A stretch of DNA of 64,000 nt from Octopus sinensis. Lineage: Eukaryota. The translations under genes were made by a program, and so were the position numbers. Position 1 is the stretch's first letter. Every line of letters begins with the position of its first letter. This document shows, piece after piece, positions 40,027 to 53,433 of this stretch. The stretch lies in the NCBI RefSeq assembly GCF_006345805.1, contig NC_043011.1, forward strand, positions 28,160,464-28,224,463. Reading direction: 5' to 3'. Below the pieces are notes generated by a model, which saw only the letters and a list, made by a program, of their open reading frames with translations, searched no databases and was not told the DNA's origin.

Positions 40027-40347
40027 TAAAGCACGCAGAGTAAAGCCGCTTGGCAAATATTGTTCTTGCACTTTGTTGTGCATGCGCACGAAGTTTTAAT
40101 GTTCTAACACACTTCCCCTGTTTACAACAGTGCTTTGAAGAAAGGTGTGTAGCGCGTGATCGTCGTATTGACCATAACAGAGTAAGAAGAACAAAGAATA
40201 TGTGTCAAATTTTACCAAAAGCTACACACCTTCCTTCCAAGCACTACTGTAAACAACCGAAGTAAGCTGGAACGTTAAACCTCTGTGCGCATGTACAGCA
40301 GAGTTCTAGGTCAATCTTTGTCAAGCGGCTTTACTCTGCGCATTTTA
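40027..40347. repeat. Imperfect inverted repeat (arms about 125 bp, spacer about 67 bp), MITE-like
   Basis: GCAGAGTAAAGCCGCTTGGCAAA / TTTGTCAAGCGGCTTTACTCTGC and AAAGGTGTGTAGC / GCTACACACCTT. Confidence 0.85.
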
Positions 40348-40472
40348 GCTGCGTTACAATAGCAACAGTACGGATACTTATTGATAACACCTCATATATA
40401 TTTATATCTATTTGTTAATCATCTAAAATATTTTAATTCTACTTTCTCTTTTAACATGCATACATGTATATA

Positions 40473-40520
<48 letters not shown>

Positions 40521-41067
40521 ATGCATTAAAAGCCAAGGTTTTCACCTGTATAATTGAATCATTGTCTGCAACATATTCTTAGATATATGTTAATATAATC
40601 CATATGAGGATTTATTAATGGAACTAAACGAATCAAGCAGATCGAAAATACAAACTGCATTCTTACCATCATTAATGAATACAGTGGTAGAGATAGGAAA
40701 ACTAAGAACAACATAGAATAAGTAATACATATTATATATTACAAATCCCAAGTTTTCATCCGGTATAAATAGATGCGAATTTCTCAAAGCAAACTTGCAG
40801 TCCTACAGGGTATATATGTTCAGATGATTAAGTGGGGATCTACAGCAAACTGTGATCAAATTGTCAAAGCAATATCTATGGTATTGTCGTTCATGATAGA
40901 AGAGGTAATAGCCGCACTAAAATTCATCGAGACAAATTTGCATTCGCTGATTAGAGAGGCGGAAATATTTTATTAAGATTAAGGACAGATCAATATACGA
41001 AATTTATAAAATTGTGAGTCTGTCCAAACAAGGTTAGATTACAGTTAAAGAAAGTAAAATAATAATC

Positions 41068-41465
41068 TTTTCTATTTTAGGCACAAGGCCAGAAATTTTG
41101 TGGGGAGGGGGCCAGTCAATTCCATCGACCCATGTACGCAACTGGTACATAATTTCTCGACTCCGAAAGGATGAAAGGCAAAGTCGACCTCCGCGGAATT
41201 TGAACTCAGAATGTAAAGACAGACGAAATACATATTTCTTTACTACCCACAAGGGGCTAAACACAGAGGGGACAAACAAAGGCAGACAAACGGATTAAGT
41301 CGATTATATCGACCCCAGTGCGTAACAGGTACTTATTTAATCGACCCCGAAACGATGAAAGGCAAAGTCGACCTCGGCGGAATTTGACCTCAGAACATAG
41401 CGGTAGACGAAATGCCGCTAAGCATATCACCCGGTGTGCTAACGTGTCTGCCAGCCAACCGCTTT
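41068..41465 (-). mobile_element. SINE family D, two fused units
   Basis: Junction AGACGAAATACATATTTCTTTACTACC at about 41231. Confidence 0.88.
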
Positions 41466-41532
41466 CAAACCACACCATATTCACAAAACCATAAGTAACA
41501 TAATATTCAAGGCGGTATACATCCATCCATTA

Positions 41533-41569
<37 letters not shown>

Positions 41570-41580
41570 ATTATTTATCC

Positions 41581-41665
<85 letters not shown>

Positions 41666-41887
41666 TAGTAAAAACGGTAAGATAGCAAAAGAAAGAAAGG
41701 ATTACGTAAATAGAGGAATTTATCTCTAAATATATATATATCAATGAAATTCCAACTTAGTTTGATTTTTACTGTTTATTATTTGCAACTTTTACAATTT
41801 TACAATTTTACAATATTATAATAAACTAGTAGTTTCTTACGTTACGCAATCATCATGTTTATGAAATGACAGTCGTGTTCTAAGAAT

Positions 41888-41976
41888 ATATGCATGTATG
41901 TATGTATGTATGTATGTATGTATGTATGTATGTATGTATGTATGTATGTATGTATGTATGTATGTATAAATGTATG

Positions 41977-42010
<34 letters not shown>

Positions 42011-42046
42011 TGTATGTATGTATGTATGTATGTGTATATGTATGTA
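41888..42046. repeat. (TATG)n microsatellite
   Basis: Direct observation. Confidence 0.95.
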
Positions 42047-42506
42047 CACATATATTTGTATCAAATACTAACGACCTCACTGACACTTCAAATATTTTAT
42101 CTTTTTTTTCTACAGCTGTTTCCACAATTAACACGAAAATTTCGTCATTCGCATAAGAACTATATTACGAATAAATAAAACAAAATAAAATATAGTCATT
42201 ATACATTAGTACCCTAAACTAATTCATCATTGCCACAAATAATTACGTAACTCCTGGGGGTAATCATAGTAAAGGACATAGAAAAAAAGAATTACTATTT
42301 TGAAATGTTAATGGGAGAGTGTGTGGTCTATTTTGTTTCATAGTCTGCTATCAACACAGAACATTATTTTTTTACCATTTAAAATTTTGTGCGATATCAT
42401 ACCTCTTGTTTCATTGAAGTAATAATATGTAAGCGTTTAATGACATAATACTGAATTGAGCACTAGAATTCAATGGATATATATTTCTATATATTTCAAC
42501 ACATAG

Positions 42507-42542
<36 letters not shown>

Positions 42543-42888
42543 TTGGATTTCAAAATTATAGTGTATAAGTATGTAGCACGCGTATTTTCGGTGATGCTTA
42601 AATGTGCATTAATTTTAGCGTCCTTACTGAAAAAGCACGGATGGCAAATTAATTTATTTGCACATTGATTCAGAAACTCGAGATTTTTATCTTCATTCCC
42701 TTTGAAATTACTCTTATTCGTGGTTTGGACTTTAACTGCCCTTTCTAGCATGTAAGGTATCCTGTTAAACGTCACCTCTTTTGTGTGTAAATAGGTAAAT
42801 TATTTGTTCACTGTCTTATATATATATGCGTATATACATACATACGTACGTACATACATACATACACACACACATATAATAATAATAA

Positions 42889-42919
<31 letters not shown>

Positions 42920-42921
42920 AA

Positions 42922-42953
<32 letters not shown>

Positions 42954-42956
<3 letters not shown>

Positions 42957-44077
42957 TCACAATCAAAAATCACGAGAGACGAAAGAAGCTTCATTCTATC
43001 ATAAAGGAAAGCAAAAAATTTGCTATTGATCTCGTGCAGGATACCCAAACTGAACAACCCGAGGGAAGTACGGCAACTATTGTTGCAAAGAAGGTGAAAA
43101 TGATAGCAATGAAAAAAGCGCACGAGCAATTGGCTGATAGGTGGGAGGAGAAACCTCTGCACGGCAAATATGTGACCCGCAGCAAACAAGCTGATGTTGA
43201 CCAGAAGCAAGCCCATCAGTGGCTACGGAGCTCAGGGCTAAAAGCAGAGAGCGAAGGTTTCATCCTGGCTGCTCAAGATCAAAGCCTATTAACTCGGAAC
43301 TACCAGGCCAATGTGATGAAAAATGGAGCAGACCCAAAATGCCGATTCTGCAACGACATGATTGAAACAGTGGACCACCTAATCTCTGGATGTAAAGTCT
43401 TAGCACCAGTGGAGTATAAATTAAGACATGACAGAGTTGGCCAATATCTCCATGGCTAATAAGTCGGCATTACAATATCAAAAATGCCGACAAGTGGTAT
43501 AATCACCACCCTGAGGCTGTAACTGAAGGAGAAAAATGTAACCATTCTGTGGGACTTTCCAGTACATACAGACCGAACCATCAAGGCCAATAAACCAGAT
43601 ATTGTTGTGAAAGACCAAAACAATAAAGTTTGCTTATTGATCGACATGAGCATCCCCTGTGATCATAATATCTCAGCGAAAGAGTTTGACAAGCTCAGAA
43701 AAAATTAAAGACCTACTCATTGAAATTGAGAAAATGTGGCATCTCAAGGCGGTTACAATACCAGTGATCGTAGGAGCACTAGGAATGATCAAGAAGGGAA
43801 CCGAAAATTATATGAGAATGATCCCTGGCTTACCATCCCTGCAAGAAGTGCAAAAGATTGTCTTAACTGGTACATCACACGTATTGAGAAGAGCATTGTC
43901 GATGTGAGAACTGTTGCTGCTCATGTATTTAATTTAACTTAAAAAAAAAAAAAATGAACGAACTACTGAGTTTGGTTTAATGGCCCTACCAATGTATACT
44001 ATGAGTTTCTTTGCCCTTGGAGTCGGGAAGACACTCGGCAAGAAATGATAGCAAATTTGAAAGAAGAAGAAAAAAAG
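42954..44077 (+). mobile_element. 5'-truncated RLE-type (R4/Dong-like) LINE flanked by (TAA)n
   Basis: WEEKPLHGKY, GLKAESEGFILAAQDQ, CRFCNDMIETVDHLISGC (CCHC), KPDIVVKD..CLLIDMSIP (PD-D/ExK), VIVGALG; TAA arrays at both ends. Confidence 0.93.
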
Positions 44078-44108
<31 letters not shown>

Positions 44109-44117
44109 AATAAATAA

Positions 44118-44195
<78 letters not shown>

Positions 44196-44861
44196 ATAAC
44201 TCCAAACTTCAATTGAATTTAAGCTTAATTGTAATTCGAATTTAATTGTAGCCATGAAACGTACGTAGTTTTCTTTACTTATTAAATATTCATTTTTATA
44301 CGTTTTGAGATCTAGTTATATGTTTTATAAAAATATATATTATTTGTTTTTTATGTTTTGGTTTATGTCTATCACTGTTTGAGTTGCATAATAGTGGTTT
44401 TGTCTCTAATTTATATTTTGTATATATATATATATATATAATATATATAAAGGGTAAGTTTACGAAAATAAACAAAACACGAAGGCAGGTGGTGTACAAA
44501 CAAACAGATGTATTAGTATACCGCTCAGGAATAGAAAAAAGTATTTTAGGTTTCGAGCCTACGCTCTTCTACAGAAAGGTACACACAAAAAACAAAGAGA
44601 GAAACAAGGAGAGAAAAAAATGTGTGTAGAAGCTAACGATAAACCAAACCGCTTTTCGCCGCAACACCTACCAAGATCCATACACTAAAATGTTTTTTTC
44701 TATATAAAAAAACTCGATGCAACATGTGGTCTTTTCTTTTCCTTCTCTTTTCACACGTACCTTAGATTACATACAGCAATATACTTTCAATAAAACTATA
44801 TTGCAACGCCATTTATTCTCTGAAGATGGTTTTATCTATTTTTAATTACATATATATATGA

Positions 44862-44972
44862 ATATAAAAATACAGTGTACATCTAAACGCATAAGAGATG
44901 GCCGTAACAGGACATCTGATGTCCTGTTATGGCCATCTCTTATGTGTTTAAATGTACACTGTATTTTTATAT
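44862..44972. repeat. 111-bp near-perfect palindrome, 1-nt loop at 44917
   Basis: ATAAAAATACAGTGTACAT..AGAGATGGCCGTAACAGGACATC-T-GATGTCCTGTTATGGCCATCTCT..ATGTACACTGTATTTTTAT. Confidence 0.95.
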
Positions 44973-45212
44973 GAATAATATATAGTCTATTGACTAATTT
45001 TTTCTTCTCGCTAGACCACTAGTAGCAAAGCATTTTTCTAAATATTTTGCTACCCTAAGATTTATTAATATATATATGAATACAAAGAATAAAACTAAAA
45101 AGCCTATTTTAGTTAAAGTCCAAAATGCATCAATGTATATATGCCTTTAAAGCATTTTCATATTTTCTCCTGTATTCTTCGTATATACGTATGTGTGTGT
45201 GTCCTCGCCTGC

Positions 45213-45272
<60 letters not shown>

Positions 45273-47457
45273 ATAAAACATGATATCATTACTGGCCATG
45301 TCACTTTTCAATTCTACCGATGGATTAGCGACTGTCAAACAGCTATATGAGTAAATAATGGAAGGCAGAAAAAATAAAGAAGACAACGGAAAATTAATAA
45401 AGATATCATATTCATCCAACGGTGATCAATGAGAGCACCATCTTCAGCCATACATCACCTCAACAGGGGACACAGTCTTGTGGGCAACCAGAGAATATAA
45501 AGTGTTCACACTTCTGTAACTACAAACTGTGCTCAAGAAGTGTCAATATTTCGTTGTTGGCAAAAACTGATACCAGCAGCGTCACAAAAGTTCAACGGCC
45601 GTGGCTCCAATCTTTATTCAATACCCCCCCCCCAAATGAATGAGTGCACAACACATTTCAACAGAGGATGCAGTGATACGAAGATGTAGACATGATCTCA
45701 ATTATATCATTCATGGCCTTGAAACTGCAAAAGACCAGTATTTCATTGATGAAATACGACAGCAATACCTCTGCTAGTACAGCAGGATTCTTCGTCCCTC
45801 AGTAAAGGCTGTGTGAGCTGTGTACCATGGTATCTTAAGCCTGTTTCAGTGCATGTTTAACAATCAAATATTTCCGAGACATATGCATTGGCACACAATT
45901 TAATTTTGGCACAATTCCACATAAATTGATATATTGGTATAGGAAAAAAAAATCAATTTATACTTCTATAAAAAGTAGTTTTTGAAATTCAGAATATATG
46001 TATATTACTCAAAGTATCATATATATTCTGCATTATCTATCTATCTGTCAGTTTCTGTCTGTCTGTCTGTCTGAATGTTTGTCTGTCTATCTATCTTGTC
46101 TATCTATCTCGATCTATCTACCTCTCTATCTATCTCTCTATCTATCTTGTCTATCTATCCCTATCTATCTACCTCTCTATCTATATATCTATCTTTCTAT
46201 CATTGATGAATACGACACTAGTACATCTGCTAGTACAGAAAGATTTTTTGTCCCTCTGTGAGGGCTGTGTCAGCTGTGAACCAAGTAAATATTAGACTAG
46301 TGTCAGTTGATTTTTAAGTGAGAAAAGACTGCTCAAGCATCAGATGAACAGAATAAACAGAAGGGAAAGATTAATTCAAGTCTTTTGACCTTGTATGAGA
46401 ATGTAAGAGATTGCTATTAAGGCTTAAGTGATCACCATATCTCGCTGCACTATATAACTTAGTGCGTGTACAGTCTATAAAACGGCATTCTAGATGTTTG
46501 CCCCACATCATGTAATCTAGAAAAATATGTCGGTATGTTGCCCCTTTTGGCATAACCGCTACTATGTCACGAGTTTGGGCGTACATGTATATATAAATGT
46601 GTGTGTGTGTGTGTACTCTGAGCTTTGAAGGTTTTTCAAGGGAAGAGATGCACCGCGCAGCCCTATCTCATGCTACCATTAGCACTTCGAGAGCCTTTTA
46701 CTGAGTTTGCGATACTGCAGACACATAGATGAAACCTCCGGCTTGGTGATTTGATGGTTTACGTTGCCGACGCAGGCAGGATTGTTCGACAATTAAATCG
46801 CACCTACGAGTAAGCCGTTAAAAACATGTATGCGTTTGTGAGTTGTAAATACAAATGCAACAAAAATATGATATTGAATATAATGATACGTGTTACAGAT
46901 TGAAAATCATCGACTAATGCATGGAACCGTAGTTAAAATCAAAATATTTAACACAGCAAAATTACACTATAAATATTTATAAACAGCTAGATCGTTGGCT
47001 CGATTTCCAGACCAGGAGAAACGTTGCTTCATGAAAAAACACTTTATTTTACATGCTCCAGTCCCCCTATCGACCTTGCAAGAGGGGGGCGTTATTCGAA
47101 GGCTAAGACGGTGCAAGGCTCATTGTGACAAGCAATATGTAACAACTTTTGATAGACTGATCGGTCACATGTTCACGTGATACTTGTATAGATATCATAC
47201 AAATATAAATACAAACATACAACTACACACACGTATACAATCATACGTACTACATACGCACACACACACACATACAAACACATTGCAAAGTTTAGGTTAG
47301 TTAAAAATATGTGTGGTATATTTCAACTGCTAAAAGGCAAATTCACTGCAGTTAATTATTGTAAAAATTTGTAAAAACACGATGTTTTATACATGTTTTC
47401 TCCACGGTAACTGAAGTGAATTTGCCTTTTAGCACTTGAAATATGCTGCAAACATTA

Positions 47458-47493
<36 letters not shown>

Positions 47494-47925
47494 TGTATGT
47501 ATGTATGTATGTATGTATGTATGTATCAGTAATGTCCCCAAGCGCTATGGGCAGCAAATAAGGCTTACAAAACACATACTTTGATAGTGTGGTCGATAAT
47601 ATAATATAATATGTGTGTGTGTATGTGTGTGTGTTGGGCTGTGTATGTTGATTTCTTGTACGTGATATTGAAAATTTATAACATCTAGGACAGTTGCTAT
47701 GTTATGAAACATATCAACATGTTTTGTATAAGATGTATTTATATTTCGTCTCTTGTGTGAACGCAGTATGTATCATTGTATGTATAACAATCAAATATTA
47801 TCTCCGAGAAATATGCATTCCCACACAATTTAATTTGGACGCAACACCACATAAATTGGTATAGAAAATATAGAATTTACACTTTTACTAATAAGAGATT
47901 TTGAAATTCAGAATATATATATATA

Positions 47926-49088
47926 CTAGCAGCATAGCCCGGTGTTGCCCGGGTATGTAAGAGCCCCTAGTAGGCAACGACTAATCCCAATATAGTCCTT
48001 TCCCTCTAGGGAACAAAGGCGCATGTGTAGGTTGCAATGTCTTCTCTTCACTCCCAAATAACTATCAAACAGCTATCGATAATTCAACCCAACCAATTCC
48101 TACCAGGAAGAAATTACATTCGAGACTTTACCCCCAACACCGCCACTTCAGCTAATAGCTGCTGCAGCCGCAAGTTATTCGAATACTTTTTTGTTTAAAC
48201 TTTCTTTATAACTACCGCCCCAAACGTTTTACCTTAAATTTTTGACGTACCCTAAGGGTCCTCGAACGCTACTTGCAAACTCTTGGTTTATTATAAACCG
48301 CTTTTGTCGTGTGCACCAAAAAACCTTTTCCATTCGTTTGTTCAGTTTGGTCACTTTTGACTTTTTCGTTGTCACTCACATTGCTGCCCGCTTTTTTGCC
48401 GATTTTGTACATTTTTATACATTTTGGGATACTTACCCCACGTGTTCCGAGAGTTAAAAAGGTCGAGTTGCGCCCCCTAGACAGTCTGTGGTTTGTGTTT
48501 AATACACAAATCGGTTTGCTATGTGTGCCACATATGATTTAATTAACCGATTTTTTCCAGTAATAAAGTATCCTATTGGAATAAAAAGGGCCATATAGCT
48601 CCTTGGAGCAGACATGATGCTCGCTGTGAATTTAAAAAAAAATTCCTGCCAATTTGTGAAAGATATTGTCGAAAATATGTCATCTTGAATTTGAACACGA
48701 TTTCCAAAAATGGCATGATTTTATCGATTTTTTTCTGATGGTAAGGTATTGCATGGAAAACTAACGTCAGAATTAAGTTTCTTAGGGTAACATTAAGCTC
48801 CACCATGAGTTTGGTGAAAATCGATTGCAAGTTGCGAAAACTACAACAGAAAATGTGTTGCATATAAAAAGCTTAGATTCTCGACCCCATGTCGAATTTA
48901 TCAATTTTTTTCAGAAATGGGGGAACTTTTCAAAATATTCGCTGCGTTAGTTTTGAATTATGACATTGGGGTATGTGTGCGTGAAGTTTCATCAGAATCG
49001 GTTGAAAGCCGTGGTCACGGTGAGGGTACAACCTGACAGACACACAGACACACCGGCAGACAAACTGCCGTTTATATATAGAGAGAGA
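47926..49088 (-). mobile_element. Non-autonomous Helitron
   Basis: Minus strand begins A|TC, ends with hairpin CCCGG-GCAACA-CCGGG then CTAG|T; no TSD; inserted between A and T. Confidence 0.85.
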
Positions 49089-49300
49089 TATATGAGATGC
49101 AGCACGGATTTTTGTTAGTGAACAGGTCGCGAATTTTAGCGACGAAAATATTTTGACAAATTAAACTTAAATGTTGAAGGGAATCGAACGGCTTTTGTGT
49201 GTTTCTTAAATGGCTTACAAACACCTTCCACGCTGCAATTGTTTTCGTTCCAGCACACGATCTCAGATCAAATCACTTGCTATGCGAGTACATCTCCGTA

Positions 49301-49333
<33 letters not shown>

Positions 49334-49506
49334 ATGTACATATATATATAACTCAATGTGTTATATTTATTCTGATAATTATTCTCTCCCGATATATCAT
49401 ACACACACTCCCGATATATCATACACACACAAACACACACACATACATACATACATACATACATACATACATACATACATACATACATACATACATACAT
49501 CATCGT

Positions 49507-49932
<426 letters not shown>

Positions 49933-50023
49933 TACATAACAAAAGAATGGAAGAAACCTCGATGCTATGTATATTGAGGAATTCATCTGTAATATAATAT
50001 ATGACAATTATTCGATTACCATA

Positions 50024-50083
50024 ATAAGACTCCGAGTTTCGAATGTCGGGGCGGAAACCTTCACCAGACATCTCGTCAATTAT
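50024..50083 (-). ncRNA. Minimal type-I hammerhead (C3 to U) in the PLE terminal repeat
   Basis: ATAA-TTGACGA-GATGTC...GACATTC-GAAAC-TCGGA-GTC-TTAT. Confidence 0.7.
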
Positions 50084-50819
50084 CGAGGCAATCAAAATAT
50101 GCTATGAAAATGACCGTTATACAAAGGGAAATTACTGTGTGATTGACCGTTATTAAGACAAAAGCGCTATTAGAATGACCTTTAAATAAGGGGAAAAACC
50201 GATGGGGAGGAAGTAAAAAGTAAGAAGTGTAATTACTCATAGCAATCGCATATGAGCGCATGTACATACATACACATGCGCGCAGGCACACCCGCGTAAT
50301 GCGCCTATATGCATATGTTCACACACACTCGCATGAAACACATACATGCGCACCCACACATACGCCAATAGATGCACATATACATGCAACAATGCATGTA
50401 TACGTATATATATCTACACACACGTGCACATACCCGTACGCGCAGTTATATTCAAATATACGTCTAAAAACGCACATGCTATATATACATATGCTCGCTC
50501 ACACTCGCGTGAAACACATGCATGTTCACCCACATATATATGCAACCATGCACATGTACATATGCGGGCACCTATATACATACCTGCATACAAGCACACA
50601 AACACACACGATGTACACATATGCATATCCGTACACAAACGCGCGCGCACACATAGGTGCACATACGCACCCAATTATATTCAAATACACGTCTTAAATA
50701 CGCACACACACATGCGCGCACAAAAAGTTCATCTACACATCTATATACGCACGTGCACAAGAAAAATCAGGATGAAAGGTAAAAACAGAAAAAATGTGTA
50801 AAAATATATAAAGCAATTT

Positions 50820-51470
50820 GATGTTGTAACTGACACCTTTATCTTTCAAGGACCATACATGACTGGATAATTTGGTCATTTTCCTTTCATCCCAATCCTG
50901 AAGCTCAAGGTATGATTGGTGAACCTGGCCTTAAAATTCCCCTCTGTAAGACCCACATATTTCTTTGTCGAAACTATGTCCTTAGTGGTTGTAGAGTCTA
51001 CGGTGGCTTCATAAATGATGGTCTCGGACATGCAAGCTCCATTTAGCGGGCACAAATTTTTATGCCTGCATTGAACAGCTGGTTTCATTTTGTGGTTTTC
51101 GTATGTTGTACACGATTATATTTTTTGAATTAGTAGTTGAGCTGTAACTGATTTTTAAGTTATGTCTATTGAAGAGCTTTCAATAACTATGGTTGACTGG
51201 AAAATGTCTATCTATTAGTGCTAAGAAATACCTATCTATATTAAAGGTCACTTCGGGGGAGAAGGGGTGTGTGAACGAGATAGTTTTCCTATTCCTATGT
51301 TTCCTTTTGTTTATTATTAGACTGGTGACAGGTGTATAGGTTATTTCTTCGCTAAATCCGCTATATTCTAGAGTAATATTATATACTGGGGCAACGCTAT
51401 TAAAAATGTCCCTATCGGAGGAGAGGCTAGACATTATTTTGCTAATGTTTTTAACTAATTTTTAAACACT
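50820..51470 (-). mobile_element. Penelope-like element fragment (RT C-terminus to GIY-YIG endonuclease)
   Basis: SSLSSDRDIFN..HPFSPEVTFNIDRYFLALIDRHFP; CRHKNLCPLNGAC..IIYEATV..KYVGLTEGNFKARFTNHTLSFR. Confidence 0.85.
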
Positions 51471-51529
51471 ATGGGGGGATGGCAGGAACCCACATTAATG
51501 TAATTCAGTATACCGTTGGGCTTCGTGTC

Positions 51530-51561
51530 TATCGTGTGTGTACGTGCGCGCGTGTGTGTAG

Positions 51562-51594
<33 letters not shown>

Positions 51595-51932
51595 TACATA
51601 TACGTATACATGCATGATTGCATATATATTGCATCTATTGGCGTATGTGTGGGTGCGCATGTATGTGTTTCATGCCAGTGTGAGTGAGCAGATGCATATA
51701 TGCAGATGTACGTGGGAGTACGAACACGCATGCGTATGTATGTACATGAGCATTTTTCTTCTTGACTTTTTACTTCCTCCTCTTCGGTTTTCCCCCTTAT
51801 ATAACGGTCATTTCCATAGCATATTTTGATTGCCTCGATAACTGACGAGATGCCGGAGCAGGTTTCCGCTCAGACATCTGAACGTCGGAGTCTTATTATG
51901 GCAACCGAATAATTCTCACATATTATATTACA
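51530..51932 (+). repeat. Inverted copy of 49988-50430 (inverted pseudo-LTR of the PLE) with a damaged HHR at 51838-51896
   Basis: ATAA-CTGACGA-GATG...CATC-TGAAC-GTCGGA-GTC-TTAT; flanks complementary to the left arm. Confidence 0.85.
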
Positions 51933-52160
51933 TATATATATATATTCATAGACTTTTATGTATGCTTGTGTGTAAGCGTGTGTTTGTATGAGTATGTATA
52001 TCTTTACAGTTAATTATCTCGTCCGAGAAATGTATTTTTCAGTAATACAAAAGGGCCGATAAATATACCTTTAGCTTCGCTCTGCAAATACATCCTGCTG
52101 TTGATATAATAACAGGCATACAGTGGAATATATATATATGGAAGTAAGCAAATATATATA

Positions 52161-52379
52161 TTCTTTTACTTGTTACAGTCGTTTGACTGCGTCTATGCTG
52201 GACCACCACCCTTAGTCGAGCAAATCGACACCAGAATTTATTCTTTGTAAGCCTAGTACGTATTCTTTCGTCTCTTTTGCCGAACCGCTAAGTTATGGGG
52301 ACGTAAACACACCAGCATCGGTTGTCAAGCGATGTTGTGGAGCCAAACACAGACACAAGCACACACACACACACACATC

Positions 52380-52429
<50 letters not shown>

Positions 52430-52574
52430 ACATATATACGACAGGCTTCTTTCAGTTTCCATCTACCAAATCCACTTACAAGGCTCTGGTCGGCCCGAGG
52501 CTATAGTAGAAGACTGAACCCGGAACCATGTGGTTGGTAAGCGAGCTACTTACCACACAGCTACTCTTGCGCCT
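52161..52574 (-). mobile_element. SINE family C
   Basis: Reverse complement of the 14952 copy. Confidence 0.9.
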
Positions 52575-52604
52575 ATATATATATATATATATAAATGTAT
52601 ATAT

Positions 52605-52643
<39 letters not shown>

Positions 52644-52723
52644 CTATATATATATATATATATATTATATATAGATATATATAATATATATATATATATA
52701 GATATATATATATATATATATAT

Positions 52724-53062
52724 AGGCGCGTGGCTCAGTGGTTAGAGCGTCGAGCTTACGATCGTGAGGTTGTGAGCTCGAATCACGGACCGGGCTGCGT
52801 GTTGTGTTCTTGAGCAAGACACTTTATTTCACGTTGCTCCAGTTCACTCAGCTGTAGAAATGAGTTGCGACGTCACAGGTGCCAAGCTGTATCGGCCCTT
52901 GCCTTTCCCTTGGACAACATCGGTGACGTGGAGAGGGGAGGCCAGTATGCATGGGCGACTGCTGGTCTTCCATAAAACAACCTTGCCCAGACTTGTGCCT
53001 CAGAGGGTAACTCTCTAGGTGCAAACCCATGGTCAGTGTCTGACCGAAGGGGGTCACCATCA
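52724..53062 (+). mobile_element. tRNA-derived SINE family B, full length
   Basis: GGCGCGTGGCTCAGTGGTTAGAGCG (A box), GAGCTCGAATC (B-box-like), TGTTCTTGAGCAAGACACTT. Confidence 0.85.
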
Positions 53063-53116
<54 letters not shown>

Positions 53117-53295
53117 TATAAATAATAATATTAGGGAATAAATCCAAATTTACAGGAAAAAATCAGATTTAGGATTAAATCGATTTTATAGTAAAATATT
53201 ATAAAATATTATTCGAGACAAAACCACTATTTTGCAAAACAAACAAGGAAAGACTTAATCAATACATAAATTTTAATAAATAGTCAAAAAAACCG

Positions 53296-53338
53296 CCACT
53301 ACAATCGTTTCTTGTCTTGATCGACAATCTTCAGGTGG
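53296..53338 (-). ncRNA. Identical mirror hammerhead on the left arm
   Basis: Exact reverse complement of 53391-53433. Confidence 0.8.
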
Positions 53339-53390
53339 ACTTCCAATAATTCAGTATCAAATTATGAAGTGATACTGAATTATTGGAAGT

Positions 53391-53433
53391 CCACCTGAAG
53401 ATTGTCGATCAAGACAAGAAACGATTGTAGTGG
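53391..53433 (+). ncRNA. Minimal type-I hammerhead ribozyme, apparently intact
   Basis: CCAC-CTGAAGA-TTGTC-GATCAA-GACAA-GAAAC-GATT-GTA|GTGG; predicted cleavage after 53429. Confidence 0.8.

Noticed and set aside
45380-45760. Complex coding-like stretch
   Set aside because: Stops in the frames examined and no family motif I could recognise
48980-49000. CTGATGA on minus inside the Helitron
   Set aside because: Isolated heptamer with no helices or GAAAC context
52724-52800. tRNA-like sequences at SINE heads
   Set aside because: No acceptor-stem closure; they continue into SINE bodies, so they are not tRNA genes
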